Part shown: positions 26,201 to 40,000 of the stretch, piece by piece
Layout of the letters: each line of letters opens with the position of its first letter
Numbering within the stretch: the first letter of the stretch is position 1
Source: Phoronis australis
Lineage: Eukaryota > Animalia > Phoronida
Length of the DNA: 64,000 nt
Assembly (NCBI GenBank): GCA_002633005.1
Contig: NMRA01000233.1
Span: 62,001 to 126,000, forward strand
Direction: 5' to 3'
The notes under the pieces: model-generated
The model's input: only the letters and a program-made list of their open reading frames with translations
Told to the model about the DNA's origin: nothing
Databases searched by the model: none
Made by a program: the position numbers and the translations under genes

Positions 26201-29200
26201 CGCGATAAGTTGATGTAGTATAACAAAACAGACAGAAACAATTATTTTGTAGTCAGCACACAATCTCCATTTGAGACTGCAATAAATCATGATATTTAAG
26301 GAAAAAATTATTTTGACTATATAATGTCTGGACATGATTTTGAGACATGATAAGCATTCATCAACAAGGAGGTTAAACAAGAGCAATTTGGATGGTTGAT
26401 ATGTGCCCAAAGTGCGCATCGCATACAGTACAAATACAAAGGAAGATCACCATGTTAAAAATTTCCACTAAAAGGGAGCAACGCTGATAAGTTGAAGGTG
26501 CAAAGCAAATCAGCATTCAGTGCTTTGAGCAACAGGAGCACACCTGCCATTTTTATCTCCAGTCTTCAAGCAGTTTGGAAGACAGGGAGGCAGACAACAA
26601 AGAACATACACAAAAATAAAAAATCTGTTTAAAATGGGGCAAACACAAAAAAAAAACAAATTCATTGGTAGGAGACACCATAGTATTTGGATTTGCCTCA
26701 AGATCCACATCAGTTGTACTATTGTAACATAAAATACAAATTTGATTGAGATCCACCGAAAAACTTTTGATAGATAGTGAGTCACAGTCAGAAAACAAAA
26801 AAGTGCCACTAGGAGGCACCACAGCAGCCAGACTCATTTGAAAATTGTAAGCCACTATCGTTCATTTGTAAAACAGATTTCAATTGTAAATGATAATGAT
26901 CCTTTGAGTAGTTCAGCCCATAGAGACAGACACAGTGGCACAATACATCAAGTCTACCCAAAAATAGAAAAATCTAAAAAACAATTCACAGTAGAGAGCA
27001 CAGTGGAAGTTGCATCCACCTGAAAGTCTTTATAATCAATTATCATGTTCACTGAAATAAACTTATCAAATTTTAGAAAGGTCCTGAAAGGGTATAGAAC
27101 ACACAACGGCAGATGAAAAACAATACCACTAGGGGGTGCCACAGAAGTCAGAGCCACCTGGAAATTCACTTGCGCTACCCAGTCCATGATAGGTCTGTAA
27201 AATTTCATTCACATCTATCCAGGGGCTTAGGAGATTGAACAGCAGACGCCAGAAGAATGGACGTGGATGACAGCTATAATAATCTGCCCACACATAAGTT
27301 GGCATACAGAAATTGTGTGGTTTCATCAGTTGGTAAGTGATATGTAAAAACATAATTTTATTCAACAACTTTGACTAACTGTTTATAAAACAATGCAAGG
27401 AGTTATCCCAATTATACGTTTAACAATTTACATGATGAACCACTGCAATAAAAAACAAAATCCATGAACACAGCAAACAACATACTTCTAATAGTCCTGC
27501 TAGGTATCCAGTGCCCTCATTTGTCAAGCGATTGTATCTCAGATCGAGGCTGGTCACGTAGGTGTTATTCTTGAGAGCTTCACTGAGCGCCTTCACATCC
27601 TGGTCTTGTAGTCTTTCCGTTTTCGGATCTGCTTTGATGTGGTTGTTTCCAGCCAAACTGAGATGCATATTCTCAATCACATCACTAGAAAACACCAATT
27701 TAGCAATTAATATTATGTCATTAATGCAAATTAATAATCGAGATCAAGGACATTTTTGCCCACACATGTATTGCATTGTTTAATTGTTTTACTCAGAAAA
27801 CAAATCCCAAATGGATACAATTCAGCATCACGTGCTGTAAATTGTCCATGGCCCTCATAATGCATTCAGTAAAGCTGACAAGCATAACTTAAAAAGGGCA
27901 AGAGAACGCAGTAAATATAAAATTGTTGAGGTCAACACTTTCCCATTATAAAAGAAGACAACGGATTCTGGGGGAGGGGCAGGATGAAGCCTCTTCAGAC
28001 ATGACCACATAAAAGCTGGCATGTCATTTTTAGGGTCTACCCGGTCATGTTTTCTTGGAAAATAGTGGTTGCATGGTCACCCTTCAACATCCTAGATCCA
28101 CCATTGCATTAAAACAGGCAATAGCTAAGTATGTACTTGACATTTAGATTGACTTCAGTTGTCAGTCCATTCAAAGAGAAATCTACACTAACATTAGAAA
28201 AAAAATCACTTAAAGACTTTAATCCCTGCCACATTTGCTTTATCCCAGGAATGAATCGTGTGCGTAGACAACTAAATCTACAGCAAACTGAACGCTACAC
28301 ACATGTTTAAAACTCAGTAGTACAAATAGAACAGAGATAATGTTGAGGATTAATCACAATGTATTCGCAATAGATGAATATATACACACAGGACATCCGG
28401 AGAAAACAAAATCACGAGACTGGCCGACACTTACAGCCTGTCTGTTAAGACGTACACAAATGGACGATTCAATATTCTTATTCCCGATCACAAGATGGAG
28501 TTAATGAATAATTAATGGTTTCTCTTTTTGAAACCTGAATAGACTGAGGGCAGAAAGCAGTTCATGCGCAAGAGGTGTTCCTGTAATAAGGGATCCATGC
28601 AATTACGCGACTGCAGGCATTCTTGCAAGAAGATGGCCCCACTTACAACACCTCATTAATGTCAAGTTCCACATTGACAAAAAAAATTAAATGCTACTGT
28701 GCTAATTTAGAATTAAGAACAGAAACATTATGATCTGCACGTTTTCATGTACACACTTTTAGCACATCTACAGTTAGTGTGTAAACTAGTGTAAAAATTA
28801 TCTACAAAGCAAAGTGCTAGCATGTTTGACTATTACTACTTTATAAATATTTTTAAATAATATCTTGACACAAAACAAGACAGATTCTTCAAAGATAAAG
28901 TAATCTATTTTCTAAAAAGCAGTAAGTAAAACATATAAAATTGTGAGTAACTACCTCAATTAATTACAAACCATATAAGCAACTACTATTAATATAACTT
29001 TGCAATTAGCAAATGAAACCTTTTCAGCATGTTACTAACTGCTGATTCAGAAAACAAGAATAACCCAGTTTAGATTAATCAATTTTGACAGCATCCAAAA
29101 TAGTTTTGAAACCCACATATACCTTTCAAATACAAACACATCATAAGTAATACAACCCTTCCCATGAAAATCAAAACAAACACAACAGGTAAATTCATAA

Positions 29201-29892
29201 ACAATAGACGAGTGTTAGTTATTCACACACAAATCATAATTAAGAGATTATATCAAACAAGGTGTCTTCTCCACTTACCCTAGCTGTGCCTGTCTGTAAT
29301 TCATAAACTGCTTATTTTACACAACACCAAAACAGAGACAGTTATTAGTCAGCATGCAAAGAGTGTTGTGGACACCGAAGGCAAATATTATATCTATCAA
29401 CAAGAATCAAAGACTAGAAACATACTGAATGTTTGCCTTTGAATTTTACTAATGCATATCGTGTTCAACACCATAAATAAATGGAGTGTGGTTTAAATGT
29501 AAACGAAGCTTTGATAAAACAAGCATTCAGTTTTTGGTAGCAGATTTAGGATTTACTGAGAAGAGTTTTGTGGTCTTAAAACATCAGAGCATGCATGGAC
29601 AAATGAAAGTAAATGCAATCACTGCTAACAGTCAATACCATTCGTTTCAAGTAATGCAACCCTACTGTCAATTCAAACACTTATTGCACTCCTATTATGT
29701 TTTAAACAGTTTGAAAGGAGTTGAATTAAAAGAACACTTTCAAAGGCACTCATGTTATAATACCAAACAATTATCTTACAATATGCACATTTCTTTATGT
29801 TCCTTGAAAGTCCTCATAATGTATGCATTTGGGCTCTGTCCCAGGGACTTGCACACAGCTTCATAACGCTCAATGGTCTCTTGAATATTCAT
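20229..29892 (-). CDS. LRRC34: Leucine-rich repeat-containing protein 34 (RI-like LRRs), about 408 aa, at least 9 coding exons
   Basis: Exons 29892-29780, 27684-27486, 25608-25525, 24789-24661, 23557-23426, 22709-22591, 21715-21560, 21228-21102 and 20396-20229 are in frame. Contains RI-type LRRs (LDLRYNRLTNEG, LDLGNNRLQDDGA) and an LRRC34-type C-terminus DVRPYVVDGVTYLAELNTDIRRHYYWKPVYG. A 5' UTR exon donor is near 30754. Confidence 0.9.
22854..23001. repeat. 19-bp minisatellite (gtctagacatcacgcccag, about 7.5 copies)
   Basis: Direct tandem units with few substitutions and no spacers, in an LRRC34 intron. Confidence 0.95.
25011..25110 (+). mobile_element. tRNA-derived SINE head or tRNA pseudogene (AGC in anticodon-like loop)
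   Basis: A box tagctcagtgg at 25020 and B box ggttcaattac at 25064, with imperfect cloverleaf stems. The tail gatttttctgtgtttatttga is shared with ~47989-48010. Confidence 0.65.
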
Positions 29893-30754
29893 ATTGCTAA
29901 GAGTGACCTGAAATAGAGAATAAGGTAATGCACTGAAATAACAGAAGCAGTTTTTTTTTTCTAAAACTTTTTTTCTTCAGTTTAGTCACCTACAAATTAA
30001 AAAAATTCAAATTAATGCCATTTCTCTCTAAAAATCAATATAGAAAATGTTCTTTACTACAATGAGCATTTACAAAAAAAATTGAAGGGCTAGTTAATCT
30101 GTCTAACATTTAGTGCTAAACGTAGTTGCAGTATACATCCTAAAGCCTACGTGAATGTTGAAATTAGCACTATTATGACAATGAAAAATTTAGGTCCAGC
30201 TGATACTATACCCATGGAGTCACCTCCACTTGAGACTCCCTTGGATTCAACACTATGAGGCATATGCCAGGCCACCTAGGTCTACTCTCCAGAAAATTTA
30301 ATTGTCCTGGCTGAACTAGAATACGCCCTGTGAGGGAATCAAAATCAAGTATGCTATGCCTCTTTCCAGTGAGACACCCCAGACACCAATCAAAAACATA
30401 TCAGTCAATCAGTGTATGTGTGTGAAGACCTGGTTTAATAAGCACTGTGTCACTGTAAGTGAACTACTGAATTATACTGTCAGTCACTGTCACGACTGCA
30501 AGTATCAGTGTCTGGCTAAGTCAGGATTCAGGGCTAGCCAATACTCAGCACTGTTTAATGGTTAATGTACAGATTAGGACATTAGGTCTTTAAACCAGGC
30601 AGAACTGGGACTCGCTGGGACATCGGAAGCTGCAACGGAGTTATAAAACAACACGAATAAAAGACCTTAACCATAGCTGAAAACACACAATGTGCAGCAG
30701 GAAATGCATTTAAGCTGATAGCAAATATAACTACAATATAGTCAAATAACATAC

Positions 30755-31098
30755 CCGCGAATAAAACCTGTTTAGTTGAGAAAATCAGCGGCGCTCGTCC
30801 ATTTGTTGCTACAACAATTTTCACGTATGATCACGCTTTGAGCGAGAATGTTCTATAAATTCTCATTCGACTAACGACAACCAAGACGTAAAACCAATAC
30901 AACGTTAAAGGTGATAAAACCAGTGAGAGGATCATGTTTTGATTTAGATATTCTATCATTAGGTGTTTCTTTATTAAATTTATAAAGAAAACACACTTTG
31001 CTCGCATGGCTATTTCTGCAAAGCAAACACACACGGAGTTCCGGTTGTGCTACAGTTTGAGCATTGTGATCTGAGCGAGGAAAAGCCGATCCAAACCA
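30755..31098. promoter_or_regulatory. Bidirectional promoter region shared by LRRC34 and CSTF1
   Basis: The LRRC34 5' UTR donor (minus strand gcgg|gtatg, ~30754) lies ~350 bp from the CSTF1 ATG at 31099. The region has CpG-containing sequence and an ETS-like ttccgg at ~31039. Confidence 0.6.
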
Positions 31099-34000
31099 AT
31101 GCCTGCTGCTATGGGGGATTCAAACATTGGCGTTAAAGAACGCGAACTTTTGTATAGGTTGATGATCAGGTATAATAACTGAAAATGTTTCAAAGCGTTG
31201 TGATAGGCCCATGGTACATTACACTACTTACACAAACTTACCGACTTGCCGTTTTCGCAAAACTCGATCTTTCAACACTCAAGTTCTCAATTGCATGGAA
31301 GAACAGCACTAGCGGCCGTCAGTGCCCCTACTACTGGCAGTCGTTTTCTTCGTAAGCCAACACCAGCCCATTATCTTACTTTAATTCGCCAGATTATCTA
31401 CACGGCCAACCAACCTTTTCCAGGTGCATTCAGACAAAATTTTCAAAAAGTATAAGATTGTCCTTACACTTAAGCAAATTGGACTTGGAGCAAAGCTGAT
31501 AAATACCCACTTATCCTTGATGTGGATAAAGGAAATGGCCAAATCAAATATAACATAAAATTGGTGTCATTAAAAACTATCATTTTTCTGCTCCTAAAGT
31601 TGTGGATTGGTCTTATATGTTAATTGGCTTTCACATTGTTTTAGTGGTTAGAAGCATCACCTACTTGTATTGGCCAGTTTCTTTTTTTGCATATTCTTCT
31701 CAGAAAATTAATGTAATTGGTTACCTTCATTACCAAGGATTTCACCACATCTTAAATACCTATTTTTAGTATTATTTGTAGACCCATGAAACTGTACATA
31801 TTTTTAAAATTGTCGTTAAAATATGGCGCTCTGTGAAAAATCATGTTTTTGGAGAAAAAATGCACAACTGCTTTCGTGAACATAACGAAATAATGTTACC
31901 TACATGGATTTTAAAGATTAGTTTTATGGTTGTACTGTTACTTAAAAAATATGAAGGAACTTTGATCATTGGCAGTGAAGGTAGCCTATTATTACATTTA
32001 ATTATCATGCCCCACTGTGCTAACTCCCTTAAAGGGTGGGTATTCGAATTTCGCAGCAGCACACCTGCCAAAAATATTGTGTAGAACATCCGAGCTGGTA
32101 TCCACTATGGTTGTGATGTAGGACCTTATACACAAGTCTGCACACTCGGCCAAATATCTATTAGACTGTAAAATATAACACACTGAAAGTGTATATTTTC
32201 TGATAATAGAAAGACTGAAGAATAAAATTTCTTACTTGATACCAATTGGCCATTGGTTTAGTCACATGACCATGCCTTTTTGAAAACAGCAAAATTTGGC
32301 AAAAGAAAAGTACTTGTTCATAGCAAAACATCGACATCAATAACGCAACGAAATTTCATTTGAAACAATTACCCAAGTTGATATTTCTAAAATACTGTAA
32401 GTTTTCTAAATTATCGTTTTGTTTTCGTTTCATGACTCTTTTGACTCCTGCTCGTAAAACATGAATCATGCTTTTAAAAACAAATTCCTCTCAGGGTTTG
32501 GGGAACAATGTGTAAAGCTTATTATCTGAAGGTTTCTTATCAGCCATTGTTAAGATCGTATGTTCTAGAGGAAGTCAAGTTTAGACATTTTTCTATTGTC
32601 CTATATTACCTTTAAGTTAAATTGATGCACACTATTTGATGCAACAGTTAACATGTCTATTCTAGCCAACTGTTCTACGATGGTCACCAGAAACTTGCTG
32701 TGGAGCTGTCCAACATAGTAAAGGCCCATCCTGCTTGCCCCCCATCTGACAGGTTATTCAAGGTGCTGTGTCTCGGCCTCAGGGAGGAAGAAGGTATGTG
32801 TTATAGATGTTATCAGACTTACCTTGGATACGCCCAGTCATACTTCACTTCAATGGTATTCAGTAGATTGCATTGCGTGTAGCGTTCCGGGTAAGGTCAA
32901 GGCCATTCCACAATGATGCAACATGGCTGACTTTTTTCTTATGTATTTTGGCAAATACACTAGCCAAAACAGTGTAGGTCTCAATGAATTTTTGTCTTTT
33001 TTGGTTTACTTAATTTGTGATCCTTGAAAAAGGAAATTTTAGAGTATCTATCTGTCTAAGAAGTCTGAAGGTGCTTCACAATAAACAAAATATAATCGAA
33101 AATGTTAAAGGTCTGAATGTTTAGTTTCTTTGGTGTTTATAATACTACTTTCTTTTACAACAAATTGTTTCATTGTGAAATCGTTAAAACATGCCTGAAG
33201 TGAATGTCCTGTTATTTTGTGACAATAGAACTCTTAACAGAGCATTGTAGCTGTCGTATAGGCCACCCTCGCAGTTGTCCTTTTTTGTGGTGTGGAAGTT
33301 AAGCAAAGGATGTCTTCACTTGTAGAAATTTTATTGTAAACTGCTGAGTAGAATACCAACAGCAGAAGTCTTAATTCTGAGTCTGATCTTGTAGAATACC
33401 AACTGCAAAAGTCTTAATTCTGAGTCTGATCTTGTAGAATACCAACAACACAAGTCTAATTCTGAGCAAGTGGCCCCAGGAGCTGGAATTGACTTGGAAT
33501 TTGAAACTGATGGTGAGTTTAGCTGAAGGATTTTTAATCCCTATTTAAAATGACAATTATTTTAATGCTTGTGAGTTTTTTATGTTTGAACGTGAGAAAG
33601 CATTGTGCGGGCTCTTTGTCCAGAAGCTATTGTATGTATCCTATGCACCTATGTTAGTGATGTGCTGTGGGCTGCATTTCCAACTGGAGAAAATTGGATG
33701 ATCTTCACAAATATCCATGGACTGTGCGATGTTATGTTCTTTGCCTTCCGACATCAATCAAAGACAAAAAAATGCAGAGCGAGTGGATAAAGCAAGTTCT
33801 TTGGGCTAATTTTGAACTGAGCAGAATCCCCTTTCTTGAATATACCTTTCAATTCCGGTACTTCTAAACATTTGAAAACGGTAATATTTAAACAACCATA
33901 ATCCCGACTGCTTCTAACATGACCTATGAAAATGTGCCAGGTCAATGTAAACAACGCACTTCCTTACCTCCAGGACAAAAGAGCGTTCAATCCATTTCAA

Positions 34001-37000
34001 TTCCTAAATTAATGAAACAATACATAACTGATGAATAATGACACTGATCACTTTCATAAATACTTGTAAATGGTGAGAGAACAATTTTCAGTTTGCCTCG
34101 AACCCACCACTCAAAATTCATTTAAGAAAATTCAATACAAATGAACTGCGCCATTTGGAATTTTTCTCCATTGACTGAATCGTCATATAGCGATGACATG
34201 GATATCGTTGTCTATTGGGAAACTTAATTGAAGTTTTGGCAAAGCTTCAGTGAGCCGAAGTTCTCCTAATGGGAAAGCACCTGTGTAGTAGCTACTCGCG
34301 TGTTGTAAATCTGCCAAAATGCGTTGCACTGGCTTTGACATGTTCTTCATGCCTATACTTTCAGTTCAGACCATCTCGCCTGAAGCCTCAACATATGAGA
34401 CATGTTATGTCACGGCACACAAAGCCCCCTGCCGAACGGCAGCGTTCAGTGCTACAGGTAAACTGGTACCAATCAGTGTCTGTTGAGTAGACTTGTCACC
34501 TTGAAGACTACGGTGTTACTGGTTTCTAACTACAAATTTTGTTCATCATTGTTTTTTTGGGCTGTCATTTGAATGTTAAGTCCTTTGTAAATTTAATTGA
34601 TTAAAATCCATCTTTGCAGGTCAGCTTATTGCTACTGGCTCTGAGGATGCGTCTATAAAGGTATTATGTTTGGAAAATGTTGTTAGTAGTAATTAATAAA
34701 TGAAGTTCAATGAATGAATAGGAGAATTAGGTACTATGTCAATGTGATCCACATCCTTGACATTGTATGCTATCTTCATTATAGTTGAATTTTAATTTTT
34801 GCCCTGGCTTGTGTGCATTTCTCTAATTATACTGTTTTTATTACATTTGTTCTGTGACATGTTTCATGTAGTGCAAAGGTTGATAATTCAAATGTCCTGT
34901 AAGAAATTCATTTCCAAACGTTACGAAGCTGTCTGGTTCATTTTACTGTGGACTGTCTCATTTCTGCAAAATTTGCCGTGTCATTTTTCTGTTTTCTACT
35001 TCTGTTGTAAGTCATGACTCTTTCATTGTTCAAGAACCTCAACTGAGGCAACATATCAAACAGCCACTATTTTCAGTAGATGGAACCGGATGGCTTCCCA
35101 GCTTCAACAGAAAATTTTAGGAAAGCGAGTCTTTCTTGAAGTTTTGAATTTTTACATTTTCATCTAAGTAGTACTTCAGCTGGGTGAATGACAATTTTGC
35201 TTGCTCCTTGTTCATGTAACTGATTGGCTCTACCCACAGTTATCCCATTGTAGATCCTTGACGTTGACCGCATGCTGCTGAAGAGCTCCATGCCAGCTGA
35301 AATACTAGCACAGGAGACCCCCCAGCAGGCCATGGAGTCTCATCCCGTGATCAGGACTCTGTATGATCACTGCTCGGTATGTAGCTCTAGTAGAATGAAC
35401 AGGCTAGTGTGCCATAAACCAAGTTTCTCGTGAGAAAAGAGATCACACAACACCACACAAAGTCGAGCGAGTGATGGGCGAGTGTTTCGTGAATTCACTA
35501 ACTTCACCTAGCAAAATGGTGACCATTGAAGGGATTGGTCATTTAGGTTGGAATGTTTAATTACGAGATTGAATTTATAGGTTACAGGATAGTTTCTGTT
35601 CAATAAGTCAAGATTCCTTGCCTCAAATGCAGGCTAATGTCTCGGTGTCTACAGAACGCTGCCCAGGGCGGATTGTTTTACTATTACTCACCAAATGTAA
35701 CTGCATATGGTTAAACTGTTGGTTGGAGGATGTGTGTCTATCATTAGTTAGTGGGCTGGTCAATATCAAACATCATTAGTTGAAGAGACCTCCCTGATGG
35801 CTGATGTAATACCATCATCGGTAGTCAAAGAGACCCCCCTGATGGCTGTTGAAAGTCCATCATTAGTTAGCAGGACATGCCATTTCACACAATGGCAAGC
35901 GTGGATTGTCTTGATTTAATTTATTTGTAGTCCTCACCAGTAACCGAGCCATGAAATGAGAGAATTTAACTAATTTCTATTGTTATATTGTGGTTGGTAT
36001 GGAGCTCGTAGGTGTTACTTTTGACTGAATATACCTTACTTTGATGTTGGCCATTACTGACCCGGTAGTGTAGAACTCAACATAACTTTTAATAGAGAGA
36101 ATTTGTATTGAAACATTCATATGTGGTGCTCGTCCTTCACTTCAGAGTGGTCCAAGTTTTTTGGGGTCCATTTCAACGTCTTGGGGTCTGTCCAGAAATC
36201 ATAATGCTAGCACAGAACAGCGTTTAATTTGTATTATAAAAGTGATGCCTTTGTCTGTGGAACATACTGGGAAATATCAGAACATGAAATGTGTTGTTTT
36301 TATTTCTTTAGTTTTATTTTTTGTAATCTATCCAATGTGTCTTCTTATGATGTAATTGTGTCAAATAATGCAAAAACGGCACCTGAGGGAACTTTTGCCT
36401 ATTTATACTGCATTGTAGTATCATTTACTTCAATCTCTAAATATCCCCAAAAGCAAGTTTTTATACTCGGCCTCAAGATATCACCAGTTTACGCATTACA
36501 TTTTACTAACGAAAAAGACATGTCTGCTTCCTTGTATTATTACTGTAGGGTAGTATTTTTAATCATTGTCAAACTGCTGCGTTGGCTTCCATCAGGACGT
36601 CATCTTAGAGTGTATGTGTAATGTTTGTTTGTACAAGAAATCACCTTAGAGTATAGGTTTACAGGTGTAGTATTTGTTTTTTCAGGAAGTCACCTGCCTA
36701 GATTTTCACCCCTCAAGTCAAGTACTCGCTTCAGGAGGTCGTGATTTCACCGTGAAGTTCTTTGAATATTCCAAGCCATCCGTCAAAAAGGCGTATAAAA
36801 GTATTCAGGTAATAATAACAAGTTCAGGTATGAAACCACACATTTACAAATATTTGAAGAGTAAATCGAATTTCAATTCAAGTCAGTTCAGTCTAAAACT
36901 TATTTCTCAATTTTCTTTTAACTTGTATCTTGTTCAACATGTGGTGTATTTTTTATGCCTGGCAGATTTGAATGGCACGAAATTTTTGTATTTATAAACC

Positions 37001-40000
37001 AATAACTAAATAATTAATGCTAATTACATACGGGTCTGTAATTTACAAAGGTTTCAGGTGTTTATGATTTGTTTTAATGAACGAAACTTGTGCCGTCCTA
37101 AATGTAATGAAAACAACAGAACACAGAGTGTCTTTAAGGTAATGACCTGTTTGTCTTGTGGACTGCATTAAGAAACATTGTCAGTACATATTCATATTTA
37201 TGTTGTGTTCGTGAGTGTGGGACAATCATTGTATGATTCCTGATTAGAATGTTTAACTAAAGTTGGAAGCAGCTGTAAACCCGACTTCTGTCAAAAAGCT
37301 AACTCTTGTTTTAAGGTACTTTGCTTAAAATTTGATCCTAACTTGTATCTTACTCAGATTAGAGATGTTTCCTTGGTTAAAAAGAACTGACTGGTCATTA
37401 GTGCTTGAAATAAAATTAGCTTGTCGCAGCCGTTCATTTTATGTGGCCAGCTTTGCTTGAGATCAGGCTTTACAAGTTGCCTTGTCATGACAGGTCATAT
37501 TCTGTGGCCAGCATGATCTCAAGCACTTCTGAACTGTCAGTTCCTCCCTGGGCGAGAAATCATTCCTCATCTGATTAAAGGAGAAGTTAATGTCAGTTTG
37601 AAAGTGGCCTGAATAAAATGAGAAATTTGTTTTTTAGATGACTGAAAGATGATTTATTGAATTTCTTTTTATATCTATTGGCCCGTTTCGATTTTCTGGT
37701 GCTCATTCAGTATAAGATCATTTCTCTCTTTTGAAGGATTTCTTCATAAATTTTAATTCTTTTCCAGGAATCTGCAGAAATCCAATGTTTAAGCTTCCAC
37801 CCTTCTGGAGATTTCATTCTTGTTGGAACAAACCATCCGACTTGTAAGTTGCCTAATTATTGCATTCCCGATTTGTTACTGTTAGTCCAAGTATCTTAAT
37901 GAATAAAACTCTTTACTTTCCTTTTTACTGTAACGGCAACTAATGTCAATTGTATCAATAAAAAATGTATTCTTTATAATACCTCCAGCAGTCATTAAAT
38001 CACGTAAATAAATTATATTTAATTACCGCATTTGCTGAGTTAATTTCAACCAGCCAGAATGTAGGACTAATTTTTTTATTTTGTATTCATTTTGGTCACA
38101 AAATTGTAGTTGTATTATTAAATTGAGTTTTGTTTTGTTTTTGACAATTTTAACTTATTACGAAATAACTGTGGTTGACTTATGCTTTATTTGTATTTTT
38201 TTGTTTTTCTGGACACCAAGATGTGATAATTCCCATGGTGTAAAAAACAACATAAATACTTTGGTAGAAGTTAATTACTTAGATATAAATGTGAAGTTCT
38301 TAAATGTTCCTTGATAGACAGCTGGCCATAGAGGGCAGACCCCTTAAATTTTGGGTTGGGTAGAATAATTCTCAGATCGATCAATGTTTGGATAGACAAG
38401 CCCATTTGTTAGAAATTAAATAATAAAAAATTAAGATAAGTCAGAGACCTCCATCAAACTATCAGAATATGAAGGCAATTATACATTGCAGAATCATAGT
38501 GGTTGCTGAGAAAATCAGCATGCAACAGAGTTGGATTAAAATCATTGAATATTCATGAACTTGACCTTGTTTCAACCTCCCGACCTTTGCTCAATGAGTA
38601 AATAATTATCTACCTCCTTTCCATATTCTAAAGAAGTGTATCTTGATTCAGTTTGGACAATGTATGGGGATCACTCAATTTATGCAGGAAATTCACTTTT
38701 TCATCCAAAAAGCATTAACTACCTGCAGAAATTTTGGACATCTGCCTTTCCTGATGTCTTCTTCAGTGCATACTAGGTGGCACGGTAGTAAACGCTTTTT
38801 GGATGGAAAAATTGAACTTCCCTGTGTCGATTGTTATTCACCATCCTGATGAAGCTGTTTAAAAAAAATTTTGGACAGAGTGTTTGTGGACGAGTGCAAC
38901 AATGATGATTTTGCCTTTGCGTGTAGTGCTTGTCCCTTATTGGTTTGAAAGGAATTGGCATCGAAAAGGGATTTGAAACGAACCCCTTTAGTCAAAAATG
39001 TTTGAAAATAATTTTTTAATTCGTAGTTATTTAGTTATTATTCTCTCTGAGTCCGTCAGTAAATTTCTTTGATTTTTGTGCAAAAATGTTCTTAGTTACA
39101 ATTTTGTTTCAGTGCGACTCTACGATGTAAACACGCTACAGTGTTTCGTGGGCAGTAATCCTGACGATCAACACAATGGTTCTGTTACTACTGTAAGTGT
39201 ATACACTATGTGTTAAGTATGGATATCATAGTCATACCATATCACATTTACCAGCGCTTCGAATTTTCCTCTTTTAAAAGGATGTTGTCTTTTTTGGTTT
39301 CAATATCCTGTTATTTCATTTCCAGTTTCCTCTTTTTCCATCTCTTTTTTGACTTCATTCATGCAAAAGCATTTTTCCCTGCTATATTTTACTACACAAA
39401 AAACATTTTTATCTCACAAGCCTATTTGTTTGTGGAACAATACATCAGCTGGAAAATTTTCCTCTTTTTATCATTGGTCTTTCCAAGCCCTAATTCACCC
39501 AACACAAAACTACTTTCTTTGTCCGCTAGCCAAACGTAGGTCACAAAGTTCATATACGTGTATTATCTTAGCGTTTTTATAGAATTGTGTTAGCACTCAA
39601 GCAGTTGGATGCACAGAAGTCAATCTTTGCTTCAGACTGCTTTTCACCCTGTTTATTTGCCATGGCTTGAAACTAAAAAATATAATTAGGACTTCTGCTT
39701 TCATGAAACCGGTTTCATAATATTTCCATGATGGGTTTGTATTTCCATTACCAATAAGAACATAGAAACCATCAGCGACTCAAAAAACTGCTTCAGAGTT
39801 TAATGGAGTTTGGCGAGCCTGAAGATGTGGGTTCGAAAATGGCTGGTATGCGAATAGCTTCTGACTTGAGTTATTGGCTCATTCTGCAACAAGTTGAGAT
39901 CAGATGAGCGTGGTAATGTTTTTAAACCACAAAGTGCTTCGGTTAAGAATCGACAAAATTCTCTTGTTTAGTTATGCATGTTTGTGCTCTCAGCTCAACA

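Noticed and set aside
26510-27208. Paralogous peptides (SLAAVVPPSG, ALTSVAPPSG) suggesting duplicated exons or a nested gene
   Set aside because: One copy lacks valid splice sites, the phases do not fit LRRC34, and the DNA matches a repeat also seen at ~5300.
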